NCBI GenBank assembly: GCA_902792905.1
Contig: CADBBH010000004.1
Location: 61,908 to 125,907 of the forward strand
Direction: 5' to 3'
DNA length: 64,000 nucleotides
From: Oscillospiraceae bacterium
Lineage (GTDB): Bacteria; Bacillota; Clostridia; Oscillospirales; Acutalibacteraceae
The notes below the pieces were generated by a model that saw nothing but the letters and a program-made list of their open reading frames with translations, did not search any database and was not told where the DNA came from. This document shows, piece by piece, positions 20,897 through 29,853 of the stretch. A program made the position numbers and the translations under genes. Each line of letters begins with the position of its first letter. Position 1 is the first letter of the stretch.

Positions 20897-21553
20897 ATGA
20901 ATTCTGTTAAGATCAAAAGAAGCATTGATATCGTTATGACGCTTGTCCTGTTTTTTCTCATGGCATATCAGGTGACGGGGGAAACGCTCCACGAATGGCT
21001 CGGTATAACAATGACAGCTCTTGTGATTTTCCATAATATTCTGAACCGCAGAAGATACCGTGCACACGGAAAAGGCAGATATAATGCATACAGAATTACC
21101 CTGACTGCAAATGATATTGCGCTGCTCCTGTGTTTCTTCGGCACGGCGCTCTGCGGAATTTCAATGAGCTCCCACGCAGTCCCGTTTTTAAGCGGATTCC
21201 TGCCGTCTTCTTTCGCGCGGACAGCTCATCTGGCGCTCTCTCACTGGTCATTTGCCCTGATGGGAATTCATATCGGGCTTCATCTGCCGCAGATTTCGGC
21301 ACGCGCGGGCAAAAAGATCAGATGCCTTTTGCTTGCCATACTTTGCATCTGCGCGACAGCGGGAGTTTATCTGCTGATAAAAGATAACTTCTTCGGTTAT
21401 ATGTTCCTGCAGATAAAATTCGCATTTTTTGATTTTGAAAAAAACTCTGCACTTGTAATTCTTGAGAATATGCTGAAACTGACTTCATTCGCTTTCATCG
21501 GCACGTCAGCGGCAATTCTTACAAAAAATCACAAACAAAACAATTCTGATTAA
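20897..21553 (+). CDS. DUF4405 cytochrome b-like membrane protein
   Basis: HEWLG, FHNILN, GISMS, H..SHW..MGIHIGLH conserved His residues. Confidence 0.8.
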   Translation: MNSVKIKRSIDIVMTLVLFFLMAYQVTGETLHEWLGITMTALVIFHNILNRRRYRAHGKGRYNAYRITLTANDIALLLCFFGTALCGISMSSHAVPFLSGFLPSSFARTAHLALSHWSFALMGIHIGLHLPQISARAGKKIRCLLLAILCICATAGVYLLIKDNFFGYMFLQIKFAFFDFEKNSALVILENMLKLTSFAFIGTSAAILTKNHKQNNSD

Positions 21554-21566
21554 AAGGAATGACAAT

Positions 21567-22316
21567 ATGAAAATAAAACAAACAGCCGGCAGAGATCAGC
21601 TCGGTGATTTTGCACCGCAGTTCGCCCATCTCAATGACGATGTGCTTTTCGGCGAAGTGTGGAACGAACCGGCTCTTGACATAAAAACAAAATGTATAGT
21701 AACCGTCGTATCGCTTATGGCAAGCGGAATTACCGACAGTTCGCTCAAGTATCATCTTGAAAACGCGAAGAAAAACGGCGTTTCAAAAGAGGAAATTGCC
21801 GCGGTTATCACACACTGCACCATGTATACGGGCTGGCCGAAAGGCTGGGCAGTCTTCCGCCTCGCGAAGGAGGTGTGGAGCGAAGAAATCCCCGCCGTTT
21901 CTGACAAAGAAAGATTTCAGAAAGAAATTATGTTTCCAATCGGCGAAAAGAATCCCTACGGCGAATACTTTACCGGCCAAAGCTATCTCGCCCCCGTTTC
22001 GACGGAGCAGGTGCCCGTTTACAACGTCACCTTTGAGCCGGGCTGCCGAAATAACTGGCATATTCACCACGCAAAAAGCGGCGGCGGGCAGATGCTTATC
22101 TGCATCGGCGGCAGAGGTTATTACAGAGAATGGGGCAAGGAACCTGTTGAAATGACCGAAGGCAGTGTTGTCAATATCCCCGCCGGAGTCAAGCACTGGC
22201 ACGGCGCGTCTCCCGGTTCCTGGTTCGCTCACCTCGCTATTGAAGTACAGGGCGAAGACGCCTCCACCGAATGGTGCGAACCTGTGTCCGACGAAGAATA
22301 CAATAAGCTTAAATAA
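21567..22316 (+). CDS. Carboxymuconolactone decarboxylase-cupin fusion protein
   Basis: NDDVLFGEVW, YTGWPKGW; NVTFEPGCRNNWHIH, KHWHGA. Confidence 0.9.
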   Translation: MKIKQTAGRDQLGDFAPQFAHLNDDVLFGEVWNEPALDIKTKCIVTVVSLMASGITDSSLKYHLENAKKNGVSKEEIAAVITHCTMYTGWPKGWAVFRLAKEVWSEEIPAVSDKERFQKEIMFPIGEKNPYGEYFTGQSYLAPVSTEQVPVYNVTFEPGCRNNWHIHHAKSGGGQMLICIGGRGYYREWGKEPVEMTEGSVVNIPAGVKHWHGASPGSWFAHLAIEVQGEDASTEWCEPVSDEEYNKLK

Positions 22317-22327
22317 AACAATTATTA

Positions 22328-22357
22328 ATGACCCGCAGGACTTTCCTGCGGGTCATT
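22328..22357. terminator. Bidirectional terminator
   Basis: ATGACCCGCAGGA-CTT-TCCTGCGGGTCAT between convergent genes. Confidence 0.8.
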
Positions 22358-22389
22358 TTGTGATAACGGTTATTTATACACAAGAATTG

Positions 22390-24771
22390 TTATACAACTG
22401 ATTTTTTCTTCTTTTTGCCGACTGAGGAAACAATTATACCCGAGACAAGCGCGCCCAGAGCAAGGCCGCCGACACCCACAAGAGCAAGCGTGCCGCCTGT
22501 GAAGTTTGAACCTGCAGTGCCTGCCGATGATGCGGCTGAGGTATCAACCTTGAAATAAACCATCACGCTCTTTGCGCTCTGATTCCAGCAGTAGAGCTTG
22601 TTGTTGAGGTTGAACGCCGCTTTCTCACCGAAGAAATGAATACCCGTTGTATAACCTTCGGGAACAGTGCTGCTGCCGACAACCGCTTTAAGCGAATCGG
22701 CAAGAATCGGGCTCATTGCCTCGTTCTTGACATAGTACAGCGCGAGCCACTGCGGGTTTACGCAGCCGTTCATATCGGCGCAGTTGCCTATATTCTTATA
22801 GTAGCTGTCGCCTTTTTTGCGGTTGGATTCAACTGCTTTGTAATATGCACTCTGATTCTTGACAACTATTTTGTCTCCCGCATCATTGGTAACGGTTATA
22901 TCCTTTTCGTCAACCATATAGTGCGGAATCGGCGTGAAGTCAACATTGTAATAAGCCTTCATATCGCGATATGAAAGATATGTTGTAACAGCAGCCAGGA
23001 CTATAACCGCAACGCCGAGACCGACTGCGAGGCCTTTGCAAACTGAGCTGTTTGCGGTTGCTGCCTGTGTTTCTAACGCGTCAATTTTATTTCCTTTGGC
23101 AATATCTTCATTGGTAAACAGGGTTTCAAGTTCACCGATTTCATCATCTGCCATACCTTTGGTAAGCGGTTTGATATCGTTTGAAAGACTGCCAGCCTGT
23201 TTGGTGCAGGAGGAAATATCATATTTCATTATGCCCAGCGAAATTGCAGAGCTTGCAAATGCAACAAATGTGGTTGAGGTTAAAACTATCATTGCGATAG
23301 TCCAGGGGCTGAACATACCGTTATCCTGATTCATTTTTGCGAGAGCGTCCGCGCGCATTGCGTCGCTTGTAAGAGCAACGCCGCCCTTTTTGTAAATGTT
23401 GCGGTCAACGCCGTCGTAAATCGAAATTTCATCGATTTCGTCACAGTCGATATCGGCATACCCCGCCTCGTCGGTCAGCGCAACAGCAAAAAGTTCTTTT
23501 AATGAAAGAAATTCAAGACCTGCGCGCTGTCCTTTTGAGAGCGAAGCAATCAGCGGATAAAGGACCGTTAAATCGGCGCTTATTTCGCTTTTTTCCTTCA
23601 TAAAGAAATCAAGCAGAGTGCCCTCTTCATATTCAACGGTGTCAAGATAATCATGTATGGCAATAAACTGCGAGTAAGTTGTTATTTCCCTGATTTGATT
23701 TCTTACGGCAATGTATTCGTTAAAGAATTCTGAGTATTCCTCTTTATTGTATTCAGGGTGAAGCTGTTCAAGCAGGAACTGACAGTGCGCTATTTCTTCG
23801 GAGGCTGCTTTTTCGTCGAACGCCTCAACTTTTGCAACATATCCGTCATATGAATCGAGACAGTCACGGAACGCATCCCACATAACAAGAAGTTTTTTCG
23901 CGTCGTCCTCATATTTTTTATCGAGGGCTTTCATCGCGTCTGTGTTTGCTCCGCCTGCCAGATCAAGCAGATCATTATAGGTTGTGCCTTCAAAGCGGTC
24001 AAGCCATGTATCTTCATTATCATCCGCCGCACGGGTAAGCAGGTTTTGTATCATAAGCGTTGCCTTGCCGTTTGACTGCGCAATGATTGTGAGAATGTCG
24101 GCGTGCTTGTTCTTTTCCTCTTCGGGCAGAGAATCGCGCACCTTGTTGTTTATTTCATAAAAAGAAGTCTTTTCCTTATCTTTGTCTGAAAGAGCGTCCC
24201 ACTCGGGCTTTGCCAGTTCATAAACCGTTTCATTCAGGAACAGTTCGCCGAGACCCGCGCCGCCGCAGTCGTCATCGGTCAGTTTGTTGAGAACATCATA
24301 AGCAAACTGCGCCCTTGCCTTGTTTTCGGGCTTGGAAGAATTGTAGTTAACACGATACTCTTTAATGGCGGCAAGAAAGCTTTCCACAAACGGAACAATC
24401 TGCTGACTCATCTGACCTTCCATCAGTTTGTCATACTCGGCAGTATCATAGCCGCCCTTCATATTCATGAGAGCAAGGTCTGTAATTGCGTCTTTACGGT
24501 CCGTTGTTGTCTTGTAGCCGAGATAGACTTTTTTGTTGCCCTTGGCGCCGATGTCGGTTGAGCCTGAGCCCTGATTGAGGTCAACGGGTTTGCCGTTATC
24601 TCCGCAGAGGATAGTAAAGCCTTCCTCTTCGGCTTTGTCGCAGTTACCTTCATAAACTTTCACTTCACTTATGTATTTGGGTGCGGAATCCGCAAATACC
24701 TGTGCCGGCAGCGTGCCTGCGATTAAAAACGCCACAATAATCGCGGTGACAATGGTTGTGATTCTTTTCAT
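22390..24771 (-). CDS. Anchored surface protein, paralog 1 (MABP-like beta-prism motifs, two internal hydrophobic segments)
   Basis: Signal peptide; YISEVKV..VDLNQG..VYLGYKTT..AITDL; internal hydrophobic pair; C-terminal TM + KKKKK. Confidence 0.75.
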   Translation of the reverse strand: MKRITTIVTAIIVAFLIAGTLPAQVFADSAPKYISEVKVYEGNCDKAEEEGFTILCGDNGKPVDLNQGSGSTDIGAKGNKKVYLGYKTTTDRKDAITDLALMNMKGGYDTAEYDKLMEGQMSQQIVPFVESFLAAIKEYRVNYNSSKPENKARAQFAYDVLNKLTDDDCGGAGLGELFLNETVYELAKPEWDALSDKDKEKTSFYEINNKVRDSLPEEEKNKHADILTIIAQSNGKATLMIQNLLTRAADDNEDTWLDRFEGTTYNDLLDLAGGANTDAMKALDKKYEDDAKKLLVMWDAFRDCLDSYDGYVAKVEAFDEKAASEEIAHCQFLLEQLHPEYNKEEYSEFFNEYIAVRNQIREITTYSQFIAIHDYLDTVEYEEGTLLDFFMKEKSEISADLTVLYPLIASLSKGQRAGLEFLSLKELFAVALTDEAGYADIDCDEIDEISIYDGVDRNIYKKGGVALTSDAMRADALAKMNQDNGMFSPWTIAMIVLTSTTFVAFASSAISLGIMKYDISSCTKQAGSLSNDIKPLTKGMADDEIGELETLFTNEDIAKGNKIDALETQAATANSSVCKGLAVGLGVAVIVLAAVTTYLSYRDMKAYYNVDFTPIPHYMVDEKDITVTNDAGDKIVVKNQSAYYKAVESNRKKGDSYYKNIGNCADMNGCVNPQWLALYYVKNEAMSPILADSLKAVVGSSTVPEGYTTGIHFFGEKAAFNLNNKLYCWNQSAKSVMVYFKVDTSAASSAGTAGSNFTGGTLALVGVGGLALGALVSGIIVSSVGKKKKKSVV

Positions 24772-24792
24772 TCGTTTTCACCTGCTTTTTTA

Positions 24793-27303
24793 TTAAACAG
24801 AGTTGTTTTTCCTTTTTCTGCCTTTGGCTGAAACGGCAATACCGGAAATAAGCGCGCCGAGAGCAAGACCGCCTGCGCCCGTAAGGGCAAGTGTGCCGCC
24901 GCTGAAGTTTGAACCTGCTGAGCTTGCCGATGAGGCAGCCGCCTTTTCAACTTTATAATATACCATAACGCTCTTTGCGCTCTGGTTCCAGCAGTAGAGC
25001 TTGTTATTCAAGTTGAAGGCGGCTTTTTCGCCGAGCATGTGAATTCCGGTGTCATAGCCCTGGGGAACTGTTGTGTCGCCGACAACAACCTTGAGCGAAG
25101 AAGCGAGAATCGGTGACAACGCTTCGTTCTTTGCCGCGTAGAGGGCCAGCCACTGGGGGTTTACGCAGCCGTTCATATCGGCGCAGGTATCGATTTTGTC
25201 ATAATAGCTGTCGCCTTTTTTGCGGTTGCTCTCAACGGCTTTGTAATAAGCGCTCTGGTTTTTTATAACTATTTTTTCCCCGTTCTCATTGGTTACGGTT
25301 ATATCCTTTTCCTCAACCATATAGTGGGGAATGGGGGTAAAATCAACATTGTAATGTGCCTTCATATCCCGGTAGGAAAGGTATGTGGTAACAACGGCGA
25401 GGGCAATCATCGCAACGGCAAAGCCGACGGACAGATATCCCGCCACATTGGTTTTGGGTGCCATTTTTTCAGCATACTCTTCCGAATAATCCTCTACCCA
25501 TTTGCCAAGATCTGAGGAACCGATTTCTCCTTTTTTCATGGATTTTGTCTTTTCTAAGAATGTTTTTTCAAAGTCGGGGTAGTTTTTCGCCAAAACAGCA
25601 AATTTGTGCCCGTTAACTTTTTCAGCAGTATCTTTAAACAGTTTGGTATATATGCCATCGGTAACTTTGTTAAGTGTATATACATCTAATTTCATGGTTG
25701 TATAAGCCGCCAGGGAAAGAAATGTTCCGAGAGCGGCAACGCCGGTAAGGGCCATCATCACAAGGGTTGATGTGCTGAACATATCGAAAAACGAGTCTTC
25801 GCTCTGCTCTGACATTCTCTTGAGAGCATCCGCGCGCAGGGCATCGCTTGTGAGGCCTACTCCGCCCTTCTTATAAATGCCGCGGTCAACATCCGCATAA
25901 ATTGAGGCCTTTTCAACCTTGCTCAGGTCTATTTCTTTATAGCCCTCGGCAGTTGTAAGCGCAACATTGAAGAGGTCAAGAAGTGAGAGAAATTCAAGAC
26001 CGGCTCTCTGGCCTTTTGAAAGGGAGGCGACAATAGGATAAAGCACGGTGATATCTTCCTCAACCTCTTCTTTTGTCATTGAGAAGAAATCCAGCATTGT
26101 GCCGTCAAGATACTCGGTTTCCTCCAGAATATCGTGAATGGCGGCATTCTGCACGCAGTTCATTAATTCGGCATTGAGAAGCTGCTGCTCGGCGTAATCA
26201 ATCAGGGTATCAGCCGCTTCTTCGGGATCTGTTTTTTCGTTCAGGTTTTCAACATTCTCATTGATCTGCTCCGCTTTTTCTTCATCAAATTTCTCAACAG
26301 TTTCCATATTCTTTTCATAATCCAGAAGCTGCTCGCGGAAAGCGTCCCACTTTTCGAGAATGTTTTTCGCGTCGTCCTCATATTTTTTATCGAGGGCTTT
26401 CATTGCGTCGGTGTTTTCTCCGCCGGCAAGATTAAGCAGATCTTTATATGTTGTGCCTTCAAAGCGCTCAAGCCAGGTATCGTCTTCGGTATCGGCGCCT
26501 CTGGTAAGCAGATTCTGCATAACGAGGGTGATTTTGCCGTTGGACTGAGCGACTATGGTGAGAATATCTGCGTGCTTGTTCTTATCTTCTTCGGAAAGGG
26601 AATCGCGCACCTTGTTGTTTACTTCATAAAAAGAAGTTTTTTCTTTATCTTTGTCGGAAAGGGAATCGCGCACCTTGTTGTTTACTTCATAAAAAGAAGT
26701 TTTTTCTTTATCTTTGTCGGAAAGGGCGTTCCACTGCGGCTTCGCCATTTCGTAAACAGTTTCGTTAAGGAACAAATCGCCGAGACCCGCTCCGGCGGTA
26801 TCATCATCGGTAAGTTTATTCAAAGCATCATGAACAAACTGCGCTCTTGCCTGATTTTCGGGATTGGAGGATTTATAATTCCGGCGGTATTCATTGATGG
26901 CGGCAAGGAAACTCTCAACAAACGGAACAATCTGCTGACTCATCTGGCCTTCCATCAGTTTGTCATACTCGGCAGTATCATAACCGCCCTTCATATTCAT
27001 GAGAGCGAGGTCGGTTATGGCATCATTTTTGTCGGTTGTGGTCTTGTAGCCGAGATATACCTTTTTATTGCCCTTCGCGCCGATTTCCTTTGAGCCGGAG
27101 CCCTGGTTGAGGTCAATCGGATTGCCTTTTTCGTCACAGAGGATTTTGAAGCCCTCAGACGCGGCTTTGTCGCAGTTGCCTTCATATACTTTAACAACGC
27201 TTATGTATTCTGGCAGGGAATCCGCGAATACCTGAGCGGGCAAGGTGCCTGCGATTGTGAGAGCAAGCACAAGGGCGATGAGAATCATTGATATTTTTTT
27301 CAT
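24793..27303 (-). CDS. Anchored surface protein, paralog 2
   Basis: Same architecture; near-identical N- and C-terminal domains to paralog 1. Confidence 0.75.
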   Translation of the reverse strand: MKKISMILIALVLALTIAGTLPAQVFADSLPEYISVVKVYEGNCDKAASEGFKILCDEKGNPIDLNQGSGSKEIGAKGNKKVYLGYKTTTDKNDAITDLALMNMKGGYDTAEYDKLMEGQMSQQIVPFVESFLAAINEYRRNYKSSNPENQARAQFVHDALNKLTDDDTAGAGLGDLFLNETVYEMAKPQWNALSDKDKEKTSFYEVNNKVRDSLSDKDKEKTSFYEVNNKVRDSLSEEDKNKHADILTIVAQSNGKITLVMQNLLTRGADTEDDTWLERFEGTTYKDLLNLAGGENTDAMKALDKKYEDDAKNILEKWDAFREQLLDYEKNMETVEKFDEEKAEQINENVENLNEKTDPEEAADTLIDYAEQQLLNAELMNCVQNAAIHDILEETEYLDGTMLDFFSMTKEEVEEDITVLYPIVASLSKGQRAGLEFLSLLDLFNVALTTAEGYKEIDLSKVEKASIYADVDRGIYKKGGVGLTSDALRADALKRMSEQSEDSFFDMFSTSTLVMMALTGVAALGTFLSLAAYTTMKLDVYTLNKVTDGIYTKLFKDTAEKVNGHKFAVLAKNYPDFEKTFLEKTKSMKKGEIGSSDLGKWVEDYSEEYAEKMAPKTNVAGYLSVGFAVAMIALAVVTTYLSYRDMKAHYNVDFTPIPHYMVEEKDITVTNENGEKIVIKNQSAYYKAVESNRKKGDSYYDKIDTCADMNGCVNPQWLALYAAKNEALSPILASSLKVVVGDTTVPQGYDTGIHMLGEKAAFNLNNKLYCWNQSAKSVMVYYKVEKAAASSASSAGSNFSGGTLALTGAGGLALGALISGIAVSAKGRKRKNNSV
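26591..26726. repeat. Perfect 63-bp in-frame tandem duplication
   Basis: Unit starts at 26591 and 26654, plus 10 bp at 26717; encodes LSDKDKEKTSFYEVNNKVRDS twice. Confidence 0.95.
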
Positions 27304-27357
27304 AATTATCTCCTTTTCTTCGGAAACAGATTTATATGGAAGATGCTTTATATGCGT

Positions 27358-29805
27358 TTAAGCCTCGGCCTTTTTGCTCTTTTTCTTATATGACGAGGAT
27401 ACGGCTAAGCCCGAAATCAGCGCGCCGATTGCGAGGCCGGCAGTGCCCGCGAGGGCAAGGTTTCCGGCTGTGAAGTTTGAGCCCGCGGAGCCTGCGGAAT
27501 TTGCGGATGAAGTGTCAAGCTTGTAATAAACCATCACGCTCTTTGCGCTCTGATTCCAGCAATAGAGCTTGTTATTGAGGTTGAACGCTGCTTTCTCACC
27601 GAAGAAATGAATGCCCGTTTCATATCCCTGAGGAACTGTTGAATCGCCTACAACAACCTTGAGCGAATTCGCGAGAATCGGGCTCATAGCCTCGTTCTTT
27701 GCCGCGTAGAGAGCGAGCCACTGCGGATTGACGCAGCCGTTCATATCGGCGCAGATGTCAATCTTATCATAGTAATCGTCGCCTTTTTTGCGGCTTGACT
27801 CAACAGCTTTGTAGTATGCGCTCTGATTCTTTATGACTATTTTTTCGTTATTCTCATTTGTTACGGTTATATCCTTTTCATCGACCATATAGTGAGGAAT
27901 CGGAGTGAAATCGACATCGTAGTAATCTTTCATTGCCTTGTAGTCGAGATAAATCAGGGTTGCCGAAACGGCTATCATCACAACCGTGAACACGGCGGCG
28001 CCCGCCCTCATATAACTGTATGTGCTTGACTGGCTTTCGAGCCTCTGCACATAAGAGGCATCGTATTTATCGAGCTGACTCTGGGCTTTATTAATCGCTT
28101 TGTTATAACTGTTGATATTCTTCTGCTGAGTTTCCGCCAACTGATTAAGACCTTTGTTCTGAAGAACAGTCAGTTTGTCCTTCATTGTGTTGACGGTTTT
28201 TGTGTTTCTCATGATATAATTCGACAGATTTGCGTAAGTCTGCTGATAGGCAGCCCTTGTTGCATCTACAGAATTCTTGACTGCCCACGCTGTAACAAAT
28301 GCTGCTGCGCCGACCAGTGTCACGCCCACGGCAACGGCGGACCAGATGTGAAGCGCATATGATTTTTCGGGAGTTTCTTCTTCAACCACCTTGCCGCGAA
28401 GCGCATCGCTTGTAAGAGCAACGCCGCCCTTTTTATAGATATCGCGGTCAACGCCGAGATATACGGAGTTTGCTTCCTGTGCTTCAAGAGTTGCCGCCTG
28501 ATAACCTTCTTCATCGGTTGAACCTATCATAACCAGGTTCTGAAGAGAAACGAATTCAAGGCCGGCTCTCTGGCCTTTTGTAAGAGAAGCCACGATGGGA
28601 TAAAGAACTGTTAAATCTTCCTCAATGTCTTCAGCGGGCTGAGTGAAGAAATCAAGCAGTGTACCGTCTGAGTAATCGATAGTTTCAAGATATTCCTTGC
28701 AGAATACATCGGCGGCGGCATTGGCAAGCTCTTCGGCAGAATACTGAATTTCAACACTTGCCTCGGCTGCTTTTTCGGCTTCCTCTTCGGTTGAGGTTTC
28801 AAAATCAAAGGCCTCAAAAGTTTCCTCCGCCCCGGAAACATCTTTTTTATTTGCTTTGTTAAGAATTTCGAGCGCCTTTTCATAGTTATCAAGATGCTCA
28901 CGGAAATCATCCCATTTTTCAAGGATTAATTTCGCGTCGTCATCATAATTTTTGGCAAGTTTTGCAATTTTGTCACTCGGACTTCCGCTGACGGAATCAA
29001 GCAAATCATCATATGTCAGGCTCTCAAAGCGGTCAATCCAGGTGTCTTCATTATCATCCGCAGCGCGGGTAAGAAGATTCTGCATCAGAAGAGTTGCGTT
29101 GCCGTTTGACTGCGCAATGATTGTGAGAATATCGGCGTGCTTGTTTTTCTCCTCTTCGGGCAGGGAATCGCGCACCTGATTGTTGACTTCGGAGATGCTT
29201 GTTTTTTCCTTTTCCGCATCCGAAAGAGCGTCATACTGCGGTTTTGCCAGTTCATAAACGGTTTTATTAAGGAACAAATCGCCGAGACCCGCGCCGCCGC
29301 AGTCGTCATCCGTAAGTTTATTGAGCATATCGTGGATATACTGCGCACGCGCTTTGTTGGCCTCATTACCTGAATTGTAATTTGCGCGGTATTCGTTTAT
29401 AGCCGCGAGGAAGGAATCAACAAACGGAGCAATCTGCTGACTCATCTGGCCTTCCATCAGTTTGTCATACTCGGCAACATCATAGCCGCCCTTCATATTC
29501 ATAAGAGCGAGGTCGGTGATTGCCGCGCTTCTGACTGTGGTGGTTTTATAGCCGAGATAAACCTTTTTGTTGCCTTTTGCGCCGATTGAGGTTGAACCTG
29601 AGCCCTGGTTTAAGTCAACGGGTTTGCCGTCATCGCCACAGAGAATTTTGAATCCCTCGGCTTCAGCGGTATCATAATTACCCTCATAGACTTTCACCGA
29701 GCTGATATACTCGGGCATTGAATCCGCAAACACCTGCGCGGGAAGGGTGCCTGCTATTGCAAGCGCAAGCACAAGAGCAATCAGAATATTTGATATATGC
29801 TTCAT
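27358..29805 (-). CDS. Anchored surface protein, paralog 3
   Basis: Same architecture; probable start MKHISNILIAL at 29805. Confidence 0.75.
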   Translation of the reverse strand: MKHISNILIALVLALAIAGTLPAQVFADSMPEYISSVKVYEGNYDTAEAEGFKILCGDDGKPVDLNQGSGSTSIGAKGNKKVYLGYKTTTVRSAAITDLALMNMKGGYDVAEYDKLMEGQMSQQIAPFVDSFLAAINEYRANYNSGNEANKARAQYIHDMLNKLTDDDCGGAGLGDLFLNKTVYELAKPQYDALSDAEKEKTSISEVNNQVRDSLPEEEKNKHADILTIIAQSNGNATLLMQNLLTRAADDNEDTWIDRFESLTYDDLLDSVSGSPSDKIAKLAKNYDDDAKLILEKWDDFREHLDNYEKALEILNKANKKDVSGAEETFEAFDFETSTEEEAEKAAEASVEIQYSAEELANAAADVFCKEYLETIDYSDGTLLDFFTQPAEDIEEDLTVLYPIVASLTKGQRAGLEFVSLQNLVMIGSTDEEGYQAATLEAQEANSVYLGVDRDIYKKGGVALTSDALRGKVVEEETPEKSYALHIWSAVAVGVTLVGAAAFVTAWAVKNSVDATRAAYQQTYANLSNYIMRNTKTVNTMKDKLTVLQNKGLNQLAETQQKNINSYNKAINKAQSQLDKYDASYVQRLESQSSTYSYMRAGAAVFTVVMIAVSATLIYLDYKAMKDYYDVDFTPIPHYMVDEKDITVTNENNEKIVIKNQSAYYKAVESSRKKGDDYYDKIDICADMNGCVNPQWLALYAAKNEAMSPILANSLKVVVGDSTVPQGYETGIHFFGEKAAFNLNNKLYCWNQSAKSVMVYYKLDTSSANSAGSAGSNFTAGNLALAGTAGLAIGALISGLAVSSSYKKKSKKAEA

Positions 29806-29853
29806 ATCATTTTCCTTCATTTCTTTAAAAAAACCATAGAGACTCATTATGCG

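Noticed and set aside
22390-29805. Diversity-generating retroelement or invertible shufflon
   Set aside because: No reverse transcriptase or recombinase; variable regions are wholly non-homologous rather than adenine-specific; all copies are full-length genes
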